Positions 18,868-27,499 of a stretch of DNA of 64,000 bases are shown here, piece after piece. The notes beneath the pieces are model-generated. The model saw nothing but the letters and a program-made list of their open reading frames with translations, was not told the DNA's origin and did no database searches. Source of the stretch: Verrucomicrobiales bacterium (GTDB lineage Bacteria > Verrucomicrobiota > Verrucomicrobiia > Limisphaerales > JAYPEY01); NCBI GenBank assembly GCA_038126035.1, contig JAYPEY010000007.1, positions 38,084 through 102,083 on the forward strand, read 5' to 3'. The stretch's first letter is position 1. Each line of letters starts with the position of its first letter. The position numbers were made by a program, and so were the translations under genes.

Positions 18868-19707
18868 TCAGGCGAGATCGAGAATCTTGTCCATGCGCTG
18901 CGCGATATCGGCGAGGCGTTCGCGATCCGCGTTGCCGACCTCGGCCGTGGCCCAACCGGAGTAGCCGATCTGCTTCAGCGCCTTGCGGACATTGGCCCAG
19001 TTGATCGTGCCCTCGCCCAACGGCTTGGTGAAGCCCTTGCGCAATCCCTCACTGCGATGCAGCCCCTCGTCCCATTCCTTGATGTCGAGCTTCCCGATGC
19101 GTTTGCCCAGCACGAGAATCCAGTGCTCCGGAATGCCCCAGCGGACATTGTTGCCGACGTCGAAATAACAGCCGAACCAGGGGTTGGCGATCTCGTCGAT
19201 GAATCGTTCGGCGTCCAGCGCGGAGATGAGGAAACCAGCCCAGACGTTCTCGACGAGAATCTTGACGCGATGTTTCTCGGCGGCGGGCAGGGCCTTGCGG
19301 ATGATGGCCTGCCGCTCCTTCCAGCTGTCCATCAACGGGCGCTTCTTGTCATAGGGCGCCGTGATGAGAACGCCGTCGCCCCCGACCGCGGCGCAGAATT
19401 CAATGGCGCCGGAAATGTCGGGATTGGAGGAATTGACCAGCCCGTGGATCGGCAGCCCGGTCTTGTCGCGGGCCTTGATGAACTCCTTCTCCTGATCCGC
19501 GTGGGTGGAACGCAGTTCAATGCCGTCGTAACCGATGTCCTTGACGAGCCGGAACTTGTCTTCGATCGAAAGTTTGGGTTCGGCGACATTGCTGTATTTG
19601 ATCGCCTTTCGGATCACGCCGGTGAACTCGCCGGCCCCGGCGACCTCAGGCAGAACGGAGGCGGCGGCGAGGGCGGCGGCGGACTGGAGGAATTCGCGTC
19701 GTTTCAT
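18868..19707 (-). CDS. TAT-exported xylose-isomerase-like TIM-barrel protein (sugar phosphate isomerase/epimerase family)
   Basis: ATG 19707 gives the twin-arginine signal MKRREFLQSAAALAAASVLPEVAGA. The body (GYDGIELR..., KILVENVW...) is typical of the AP-endonuclease-2/xylose isomerase-like TIM fold. It lies 22 nt upstream of paralogue 2. Confidence 0.75.
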   Translation of the reverse strand: MKRREFLQSAAALAAASVLPEVAGAGEFTGVIRKAIKYSNVAEPKLSIEDKFRLVKDIGYDGIELRSTHADQEKEFIKARDKTGLPIHGLVNSSNPDISGAIEFCAAVGGDGVLITAPYDKKRPLMDSWKERQAIIRKALPAAEKHRVKILVENVWAGFLISALDAERFIDEIANPWFGCYFDVGNNVRWGIPEHWILVLGKRIGKLDIKEWDEGLHRSEGLRKGFTKPLGEGTINWANVRKALKQIGYSGWATAEVGNADRERLADIAQRMDKILDLA

Positions 19708-19852
19708 GAGACTCGGAGCTTCGGAAACAACCCGGGGATTGGCGACAAAAAAGCGCCCGGCCCATCGCCGGCGCGTGCGATTGCAAGCGGGCGGCAATCG
19801 AAAATGAGGACGTGTCGGCTTCGCACCGGAAGCGCGAAAGCGCAGGGCGGCC

Positions 19853-21763
19853 TCAGTCAAACCTCCGCGTCAACACGGAGTAGAGGGTGCTGAGAAGTTT
19901 TTCGGGCGTGAAGGGCTTGGACAGGTAGGCCGCATGTTTGGAGAGGAACACGGTGTCCGAATCCTGTTCCTCGACCGAGCCGCTGATCGCGATGAAACGC
20001 ATGTTCGGGTTCTTCTCGCGAAACCGCTCCATGAGCTCCTCGCCGTCCATTCCAGGCATGCGCAGGTCGGTGATGACCGCATCGACGGCCTGCCTGTCGG
20101 GATCGTAGGCCTCGACGGCCTCGCGGCCGCTGGAGGCGGTTTCCACCTTGTAGCCAAAGGTCTCCAGGGTGTTCTTGGCGGCCTCGAGCACGGAGGGTTC
20201 GTCATCGACGATGAGGATGCGCTCGCCTTTTCCGGTGGTCAGGTCGCTGCCGGCGGCGTGAGGGTAGCTGAGCTTTGAGGGTTCGGCGCGCGGCAGAAAG
20301 ATCTGGAAGTTGGACCCGCTCCCCTCCTCGCTGTCGACCAGCAGGAACCCGCGGTGACTCTTGATGATGTCCAACGCGTCGGAAAGGCCGAGGCCGCCGC
20401 TCTTGCCTGACTGCTTGGTGGTGAAGAAGGGGTCGAAGATCTTTTTCTTCAACTCCTTGGAGATGCCAAGACCGGTGTCCTTGACCTCAATCAGGGTGAA
20501 GGAGCCGACCCGCGCGTCCGCATGGCGCCGGGAGAACTCCTTCTCCACCACGCGGTTCTCCGCGGAAATGCTCAACCGGCCGCCGGCGGGCATGGCGTCG
20601 CGGGCGTTGGTGACGATCTCCATGATCATCTGCTCCAGCTGGATCGCATCGCCCACGATGGGCCAGAGTTCGTTGGCGACCTTGAAGGAAACCTCGATCG
20701 AGGGATCGCTGTTGCGCGCCGCGATCTCGGCGCACTTGGTGACCAGGTGCTTCACCTGCATCAGCACGGGCTCCCCCTCGCCGCCGTGGGCAAAGGCCAG
20801 CACCTGCTTGACCAGCTCCGTCCCGCGCTTGGAACTGGCCTCAATCGAATCGAGCAGCTTCTTGGAATGGGGATCCTGCACCCATGACTGCAGGAGCGGA
20901 ACGGCCATGAGGATGGGGGAAAGGACGTTGTTCAGGTCGTGGGCGATGCCGGTGGAAAGCGTGCAGATGCTCTCCAGGCGCTGGGCTCGCAGGGACTGCA
21001 CGGCCAACCGCTTCTGCGCGGTGATGTCGGTGTTGATGATGAGAATGGACTTGGGCTTGTGCGTGAACGGGTCCTTCACCAGCGTCCAGCGGCTGTTGAC
21101 CACGATCTGCTTGCCGCCGCGCGTGAACTGGGGCAGTTCGCCGCCCCACTCCTCGTTGTCCAGCAGGCTCTCCCGGGCATGCGTGTAATCCTCCGGCTCC
21201 GGGAAGAACCCGTCGATCGTCCGCCCTGAGGTCGCCTCCTTGGCGGCCCAGCCATACATCACCTCGGCCCCCTTGTTCCAATACTCGATGCCGCCCTCCA
21301 GGTCGCAGACGATGATGGCGTCCTGCGCCAGATCAAGCAGGTGCGTCTGGTCCCGGATCTTCTCCTCCGCGCGACGACGATCCATGGAGTAACGGATCGA
21401 TCGCTCGAGCAGCCCGGCGTTGATCTCGCTCTTGACCAGATAATCCGCCGCGCCGGCCTCCATCGCCTTGACGTCGGTGTCCCGATCCCCCTGCCCCGTG
21501 AGCAGGATGATGGGCGACTGGCAGCCGAGCGCCACCGCCTCCTTGAGGAAATCCAGCCCGCTCTTCGCCCCGAGACTGAAGTCCAGCAGGATCACATCGT
21601 GCTGCCGGCGATTCAACGCGCTCAGCGCAAAATCGTAGTCCGTCACCCAATCCAGATCGAACCGGGTCTGCTCAAACTCCGCCAACATGTCCCGCGTCAG
21701 AAGATAGTCGTCCTCGTCGTCTTCAATCAGAAGAATCCGGACGGTGGAGGCGGGGGAGGTCAT
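19853..21763 (-). CDS. hybrid sensor histidine kinase with N- and C-terminal receiver domains and PAS region
   Basis: ATG 21763 (MTSPASTVRILLIEDDEDDY...VILLDFSLG = REC1). H-box GIAHDLNNVLSPI, plus ATPase boxes IVTNARDAM, DTGLGI and GGLGLS. REC2 is ERILIVDDEP...VITDLRMPGMDG. The upstream 187 codons of the ORF track are low-complexity and were not used. Confidence 0.85.
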   Translation of the reverse strand: MTSPASTVRILLIEDDEDDYLLTRDMLAEFEQTRFDLDWVTDYDFALSALNRRQHDVILLDFSLGAKSGLDFLKEAVALGCQSPIILLTGQGDRDTDVKAMEAGAADYLVKSEINAGLLERSIRYSMDRRRAEEKIRDQTHLLDLAQDAIIVCDLEGGIEYWNKGAEVMYGWAAKEATSGRTIDGFFPEPEDYTHARESLLDNEEWGGELPQFTRGGKQIVVNSRWTLVKDPFTHKPKSILIINTDITAQKRLAVQSLRAQRLESICTLSTGIAHDLNNVLSPILMAVPLLQSWVQDPHSKKLLDSIEASSKRGTELVKQVLAFAHGGEGEPVLMQVKHLVTKCAEIAARNSDPSIEVSFKVANELWPIVGDAIQLEQMIMEIVTNARDAMPAGGRLSISAENRVVEKEFSRRHADARVGSFTLIEVKDTGLGISKELKKKIFDPFFTTKQSGKSGGLGLSDALDIIKSHRGFLLVDSEEGSGSNFQIFLPRAEPSKLSYPHAAGSDLTTGKGERILIVDDEPSVLEAAKNTLETFGYKVETASSGREAVEAYDPDRQAVDAVITDLRMPGMDGEELMERFREKNPNMRFIAISGSVEEQDSDTVFLSKHAAYLSKPFTPEKLLSTLYSVLTRRFD

Positions 21764-21950
21764 GAACGGCGTTCGATCTGGTCTGGTCGGATTTTCCTGC
21801 GCCTGATGGCGGACCCGCGGAAAACGCGTCGCCCGCGTCAAGCATTCCCAACGACGCCCATGTTCAACGACGACCTGCCCAAGTCCAGAAAAATTCTCGC
21901 CCCCCGGGCGCGGGGTTTCCAAATCAGAGGATCTGTCGCAGGCTTCCGCC

Positions 21951-22745
21951 GTGAACCGCGACGCCGCCACCGCCGTCATCGTCAAGACCCGCTTCAGCCT
22001 CCGCTGGCGCGGCGACCTGCCCTCCCGCGACTGGATGGAGAAGCGGTTCGAACTGCTGAGGCGCATCACGCTCCCCTCGCTCCAGGCCCAAACCCTGACG
22101 CGGTTCGATTGGGCGATCCTCACCGACCCCGCCCTGGAAGGCGACGTCGCCGACCTGTTCCGCGACCTGCCGACGCCGGGCCGCACGACCATCGTGCCCG
22201 TCGCTGCAACCGAACCCACGATCCCCGGGGAGACAACGGAGTCGCTGCGGCGCGGCCGCGACCGGTTTCTCGTGGTGCGACTGGACAGCGACGACGCGTT
22301 GGCCCCCGATGCCCTGGAACACATCGTTGAGGCCTCCCGGACGCTGGGCGAAGGCGAAGGCCTGATCGACCTGCCCTTCGGCGTCGTGCTGGACTGGGAG
22401 AGCGGCCGGGCGTGGAAACGCCGGTTTCGCGGGCGCTACCAGGGCCCGTTCTACGCGCTGTCGCACTCGAACCGCGACCGCGTCCTCTTCTCAGGCGGCG
22501 ATCACCGCAACGCCCGCCAAGGGCGCGACATCGCGGTCGTCCCGGGCCTTGCCTGGCTGCAGACCGTGCATTCGGACAACATCGACAACCGCCTCGCGGG
22601 ACGCACCGTGGGGGAGCGGATGAAAACCTTCCTGAAGCGCGCCGCCGATTCCCTCTCGCCAGCGGATATCTGCATCGACGACCTCGAACCGCTGAACGCG
22701 CACGAGGGCGCGGCTCTCCTGGAACAATTCGGCGTGCGACGGTGA
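21951..22745 (+). CDS. putative glycosyltransferase (rhamnosyltransferase-like family)
   Basis: GTG 21951. VIVKTRFSLRWRGDLPSRDWMEKRFELLRRITLPSLQAQT...VRLDSDDAL resembles the 'putative rhamnosyl transferase' family pattern. The assignment is tentative. Confidence 0.5.
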   Translation: MNRDAATAVIVKTRFSLRWRGDLPSRDWMEKRFELLRRITLPSLQAQTLTRFDWAILTDPALEGDVADLFRDLPTPGRTTIVPVAATEPTIPGETTESLRRGRDRFLVVRLDSDDALAPDALEHIVEASRTLGEGEGLIDLPFGVVLDWESGRAWKRRFRGRYQGPFYALSHSNRDRVLFSGGDHRNARQGRDIAVVPGLAWLQTVHSDNIDNRLAGRTVGERMKTFLKRAADSLSPADICIDDLEPLNAHEGAALLEQFGVRR

Positions 22746-22798
22746 CCGGAAAACTTCTGGCGGGACACATCAGCGTCTGCGATGTTCCACCGAAAGGC

Positions 22799-25465
22799 AT
22801 GCGTCGTCATTCCCAGTCGTTCCGCAGGCCCGGTCTCGCCGGTCTTTTGCATTTGTTGATCCTGTCTGTCGTCCTGGCGGCGCGCGGGGAGGAATTCCGC
22901 TTTCTCGAGCCTTCGCCGACAACCTACACCGTTGAATCAACCATCGGAAAACACGCGACCGACGAAAGGTGGCTGAGGGTCGCCCGCCCCGGCGGTGAGG
23001 AGGATTTCCTGGAGTTCGGCGACCGCATCGTCCTCAAATGCCGACCCGGATTCGACATCACCGCAATCGCGCGGAAGCGCGGCATCCGGATCGCGCGACG
23101 GTTGGCTGACAACCTGGTCATCGCGCAGGCCGCGAATGCCCGCGGGGCCGCGCGCCTGACGGACCGCCTTTCCCGCCTGCCCGGGATCACGGTCGCCTGC
23201 CCCATCCGACGGCGGCCGCTCAATCTCGATTTTCCCTATGCCCCCTTCCCCAACGATCGCTATTTCCCGGATCAATCCCATCTGGAAAACCGGGACGGCG
23301 ACGGCGAACGGGCGGGCGCCGACATCAATGTCCGCTCCGCCTGGGCGATCACCGCCGGGGAAGGCGTCACGGTCGCGGTCGCCGACACCGGCGTGGAGCT
23401 CGATCACCCGGACCTCCGCTCCCGCATGGCGGCCGGCCTGCACTACAACTTCGCGACCGATACGGCCGACGGGAACCCACGCCTGATCCCCTCTGCCCTG
23501 GAAGCCCACGGCGCCGGAGTGGCGGGAATCCTCGCGGCGGAACGGGGCAATGAAATCGGCGTCACCGGGACCGCCCCCGGCGTGAAACTGGCGTCCTGGG
23601 TGATCAGCGCCGACTCCGGCCAGACCCTGGCCGACGACGAGGCCCTGATGGACCTCTTCCAGTTTCGCTCCGACGTCGTGTCCGTCCAGAACCACAGCTG
23701 GGGACACGCCGGCAAGACCCAGCAACCGCTGACGCCGCTCGAGGAGGCCGGAATTGAAAAGGCTTACACCGAGGGGCGCAACAGTCTCGGCGTGGTCATG
23801 GTCCGCTCGGCGGGCAACAGCCGGGTAAACGGCGAGAACATGAACGACGACGCCTACCCCTCCGACCCGCGCGTCATCGCCGTCGCCGCAACCGGGGCCG
23901 ACGGCCGGGCTACGGCCTCCAGTGAACCGGGTGCCGCCATTCTCGTCGCAGCCCCCGTGCGGATGGCCGGCGGCCTCGGCATCTTGACGACCGACCTGGT
24001 CGGCACGAACGGCGCGGACCAGATCACCCGGCTTCCTCCCGATGAGGGGCGCGAGGATTACCAGTTGTTTTCCGGGACCTCGGCGGCCTCACCCCAGGTC
24101 TCGGGGATCGCGGCGATGATCCTCTCCGTGAATCCCAGACTCCATGTGCGCGATGTCCAGCAGATCCTCATCCACAGCGCGCGCCATTTTGACCAGGATG
24201 ACCCGGACCTGCGCGTCAATGGCGCGGGCTTCCGCGTGAGTCACAACGTCGGCTTCGGCATTCCCGACGCGGGAACGGCCGTCCGACTCGCGCGACTCTG
24301 GCCGAATCGTCCGCCGCGGGAGAGCATTTCACTCCGACACACGGACGCGTTTCAAATCCCGGACGCCGGCCTGAGATTGCGCGTCTCGGGCGCCAACCTT
24401 CCCGCCGACCTGCGCTCCCTCCGGGCGCTGCCCACCACCGGCATTCATCCCGACCGCCCGACAAGATCCCTGGAAATGGTCCATGTCGGCGGGGGGCTCG
24501 ACGGTTCCCTGCCCGACCTGACGGACAAGGCGGCGCTGATCCGACGGGATGCCAACGACCGCTGGAACGACCAACTGGCCGCGGCGGGAGCCGCCGGCGC
24601 GACATTCGCCGTGGTCTACAACAATGCGACCGGTTCGCGGAAGTGCCCCGGCGGCGAGGCGCTCTGCGTGATGCTGGAAAGCGACTTCGCGCCCATTCCC
24701 GCGGTGTTCATCGGCCAGTCCGCCGGCGAGACCCTCGCTGCCCGCCTGGCGACGAACGCCCCCACCTCGGCCTGGCTGAGTCTGGATTCCGCGCGCCGCG
24801 ACTTCCATGTCACCGACGCCCTCGCCTGCGAACACGTCAGCCTGCGCGTCCGGTCGGATCATCCAATCCGCGGCGACCTCCGGATCACCCTCACCTCGCC
24901 GCGCGGCACGACCAGCGTCCTGCAGAAGCTCAACGACGACCTCACACCGGGCCCGACAGACTGGACCTACCACAGCGCCCAACATTTTCATGAAAGCAGC
25001 CTCGGAACCTGGATTGTCGCGGTCACCGATGAGTTCGCAAACGACGTCGGCTCCATCACGGAGCTGGAGTTGATCGTGCGGGGCGTCCGGATCACCGACA
25101 GCGACGCCGACGGCCTCGACGACGACTGGGAGCGCGCGCGCCTCGGCGGCCTCACCTTCGGGCCGACAGGCGACCCGGACGGGGACGGCTACTCCAATGC
25201 GCGCGAGCAGGTCCTGGGATTCGACCCTCGCGTCGCCGACATCGAATTCCGTGTGGATTTGTCCCAATGGAAGACGGGCCGCGCCCGGCTCAGCTGGCCT
25301 GGAGTGGCCGGCCGGCAATACGAGATCCTCACCGGCGACAGCATCACCAAGGTTGCCAGTCGGATGACGGTCGTGGATGGCCGCTTCCCCGAAACGGAGC
25401 ATTTCATCGACAGCGCCGCCCTGGAGCAGGGCTACTTCATGGTGCGGGAACTGCCGCAACAGTGA
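22799..25465 (+). CDS. secreted subtilisin/kexin-like serine protease (S8) with P-domain and TSP3-type calcium repeats
   Basis: ATG 22799 (MRRHSQSFRRPGLAGLLHLLILSVVLAARG). Catalytic triad contexts VAVADTGVELDHPD, HGAGVAGILAA and GTSAASPQVSGIAAM. P-domain-like SDHPIRGDLRITLTSPRGTTSVL. Also DSDADGLDDDWE and DPDGDGYSN repeats. Confidence 0.85.
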   Translation: MRRHSQSFRRPGLAGLLHLLILSVVLAARGEEFRFLEPSPTTYTVESTIGKHATDERWLRVARPGGEEDFLEFGDRIVLKCRPGFDITAIARKRGIRIARRLADNLVIAQAANARGAARLTDRLSRLPGITVACPIRRRPLNLDFPYAPFPNDRYFPDQSHLENRDGDGERAGADINVRSAWAITAGEGVTVAVADTGVELDHPDLRSRMAAGLHYNFATDTADGNPRLIPSALEAHGAGVAGILAAERGNEIGVTGTAPGVKLASWVISADSGQTLADDEALMDLFQFRSDVVSVQNHSWGHAGKTQQPLTPLEEAGIEKAYTEGRNSLGVVMVRSAGNSRVNGENMNDDAYPSDPRVIAVAATGADGRATASSEPGAAILVAAPVRMAGGLGILTTDLVGTNGADQITRLPPDEGREDYQLFSGTSAASPQVSGIAAMILSVNPRLHVRDVQQILIHSARHFDQDDPDLRVNGAGFRVSHNVGFGIPDAGTAVRLARLWPNRPPRESISLRHTDAFQIPDAGLRLRVSGANLPADLRSLRALPTTGIHPDRPTRSLEMVHVGGGLDGSLPDLTDKAALIRRDANDRWNDQLAAAGAAGATFAVVYNNATGSRKCPGGEALCVMLESDFAPIPAVFIGQSAGETLAARLATNAPTSAWLSLDSARRDFHVTDALACEHVSLRVRSDHPIRGDLRITLTSPRGTTSVLQKLNDDLTPGPTDWTYHSAQHFHESSLGTWIVAVTDEFANDVGSITELELIVRGVRITDSDADGLDDDWERARLGGLTFGPTGDPDGDGYSNAREQVLGFDPRVADIEFRVDLSQWKTGRARLSWPGVAGRQYEILTGDSITKVASRMTVVDGRFPETEHFIDSAALEQGYFMVRELPQQ

Positions 25466-25524
25466 ACGCGTTTCCCGATTGACCGGCGGCCGGTTAAACG
25501 GGAGAAACACCCCTCCACGAGAAC

Positions 25525-26733
25525 ATGAAACCCGGATTTACAACCGGCCTGCAAGGCCGCCTGGAATGGACAGTGACCCCGGATCGCACCATCACGCTGG
25601 GCGGCGATCCCCGGGCGACGGTCTTCGCCACCCCGTACATGATCATGCTGATGGAGCGGGCCGGACGCGAGGCCCTGCGCCCCTTCCTCGAGGAGGGCGA
25701 GGAATCGGTCGGCATCGACGTCAACATCCGCCACCTTGCCGGAGCCGGACTCGGCTCAAAGGTGCACGCCGTCGCGAAGGTCGCGTCCATTGAAGGGCGG
25801 AAGGTCGGTTTCGAGGTCGCCGCCTACGAGGGCGACAAGCTGCTGGGCGAGGGAACCCACAAGCGCATGGTCGTGAACCTCGCCAAGCTCGTGCAAAAAC
25901 TGGAGGCTGAGAACCCCGCAGCCACAACACCTGCTCCGGCGGCGACACCCGCCGCAGATCCGCCGAAGCTGGAGACAATCGCGCTGTCCATCGACGGCGC
26001 CATCGCCACGGTCACCCTGAACCGACCCGCAGCCCGAAACGCCATCAACCGCGCCATGACAGCGGAGATCGAGGCGCTGGTGGAATGGCTGACGACGCGC
26101 GGCGACTCCATCCGCGCTGTCGTCGTGACGGGCTCCGGCAAGGCTTTCTGCGGCGGCGACGACGTGAAGGAACTGGAATCCATCACGCCGGAGGAGGCGC
26201 GTCAACTCAGCCACCGCCAGGCCCGGATGTTCCTGGCGTTTGAGCGGCTGCCGCAGGTCCTGATCGCGGCGGTCAACGGGTTTGCCCTCGGCGCCGGCTG
26301 CGTCCTTGCCGCCGCCTGCGACCTGCGCATCGCGTCACACGCCGCCCGCTTCGGCATGCCCGAGATCCTGCTGGGCTGGCCCCCGGGCTATGGCGTCGCC
26401 CAACTGGGGCAACTCGTCGGCAAGGCGCGCGCCCTGGATCTTTGCCTGACCGGAAGGACCATCGACGCCCGGACCGGCGTTGAATGGGGGCTGGCCTCCG
26501 AGGTCGTCCCCGGCAGCCGGCTGCCCGTCCGGGCCAGGGAACTCGCAGACCGCCTGTTGGAGCTGCCCCCCCTCGCCCTCCGCGAGACCAAACGCATCGT
26601 CCACCTCGACGATGCCCCGCACAGCAAGGTCGCCTACCGCCTCGACACCGAGGCCTACGTCCGCTGCTTCGAAACCAAGGACGCGAAGGAGGGCATCCGC
26701 GCGTTCAAGGAAAAGCGCCTCAGGCGCTCGTAG
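25525..26733 (+). CDS. fusion protein: hotdog-fold thioesterase-like N-domain + enoyl-CoA hydratase/isomerase (crotonase) C-domain
   Basis: The N-terminal ~125 aa (TPYMIMLMERAGREAL...VGIDVNIRHLAGAGLGSKV) look thioesterase-like. A Pro/Ala/Thr linker follows (AENPAATTPAPAATPAADPPK). The rest is crotonase-like (ATVTLNRPAARNAI...GSGKAFCGGDDV...AVNGFALGAG). Confidence 0.7.
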   Translation: MKPGFTTGLQGRLEWTVTPDRTITLGGDPRATVFATPYMIMLMERAGREALRPFLEEGEESVGIDVNIRHLAGAGLGSKVHAVAKVASIEGRKVGFEVAAYEGDKLLGEGTHKRMVVNLAKLVQKLEAENPAATTPAPAATPAADPPKLETIALSIDGAIATVTLNRPAARNAINRAMTAEIEALVEWLTTRGDSIRAVVVTGSGKAFCGGDDVKELESITPEEARQLSHRQARMFLAFERLPQVLIAAVNGFALGAGCVLAAACDLRIASHAARFGMPEILLGWPPGYGVAQLGQLVGKARALDLCLTGRTIDARTGVEWGLASEVVPGSRLPVRARELADRLLELPPLALRETKRIVHLDDAPHSKVAYRLDTEAYVRCFETKDAKEGIRAFKEKRLRRS

Positions 26734-26752
26734 CCGCGTTCGCAAACCAACG

Positions 26753-26780
26753 AAAAAAGGCCGCCCCGGATGGGACGGCC
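26753..26780 (-). terminator. rho-independent terminator candidate for the YceI-like gene
   Basis: On the minus strand, GGCCGTCCCATCCGGGGCGGCC (9-bp stem, one mismatch) is followed by TTTTTT. It lies 26 nt downstream of the stop at 26806. Confidence 0.55.
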
Positions 26781-26805
26781 CTGGTAAAAAAAGGATGCGC
26801 GCGGT

Positions 26806-27429
26806 TCAACGCTGGCTGGTGAGCCATTCGAGCGAGATCTTGATCTTGTCATCGACGACCAGCCCCACGCCCAGGACCGTCAGCTTCGGCGCAACGACCT
26901 TGAAGTCGGACATCTTCATGGCGATCTCGCCGGTGACCTTGAGTTCCTTGCCGGCCTTGAGCGGCTCCATCTTGACGGGCATGGCGACGTTTTTCGTGAC
27001 GCCGTTGATGGTGAGGTCGCCCTGGGTGTCGTACTCCATCGGCTTGCCGGCCTTGGCGGTCATCTTGGTGAGTTTGTAGGTGATGTACTTGTGCTTGGCC
27101 TGGTTCATGGCCTGCATTGTCACGTTGTCCATCTTCTCCTTGCCGCTCTTCATGTTGCGGACGGGAATGCGGACGTTCACCTCGGGCATGGTCTTGATCT
27201 CCGCAGACTTGCCGTCGAGCGGAAAGTCCGCCGGAATCTTGATCGTGCCGCCGATCAGGGTGGCCTCGACCTTCCAGGCATGCATGGTCGAGTCGCCGGC
27301 CACGGTGGCCTTGCTGCCCTTGCTCTGCGCCCAATAGGTGACGGCGTCCGCCGCGTGGGTTGTTCCGGCCGCGAACAGCAGCGCCGCCGCCAGGGCTCCC
27401 AGGGTTTTTCTGTTTTTCTGAGTCGTCAT
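26806..27429 (-). CDS. YceI-like periplasmic protein
   Basis: Signal peptide MTTQKNRKTLGALAAALLFAAGTTHA. STMHAWKVEATLIGGTIKIP and the alternating beta-strand pattern fit the YceI lipid/polyisoprenoid-binding barrel. Confidence 0.65.
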   Translation of the reverse strand: MTTQKNRKTLGALAAALLFAAGTTHAADAVTYWAQSKGSKATVAGDSTMHAWKVEATLIGGTIKIPADFPLDGKSAEIKTMPEVNVRIPVRNMKSGKEKMDNVTMQAMNQAKHKYITYKLTKMTAKAGKPMEYDTQGDLTINGVTKNVAMPVKMEPLKAGKELKVTGEIAMKMSDFKVVAPKLTVLGVGLVVDDKIKISLEWLTSQR

Positions 27430-27499
27430 GTTTCGCGTTCTTGGTTGTGTTTCGGTTTCTTTTGGATGTCCGTGGTTGCGCGACTATTCATTGAACGGC

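Noticed and set aside
21764-22324. 187-codon N-terminal extension of the hybrid histidine kinase ORF.
   Set aside because: The extension is a low-complexity Ser/Arg/Gly-rich translation. The receiver domain begins right after ATG 21763. The extension would also overlap the divergent glycosyltransferase gene.
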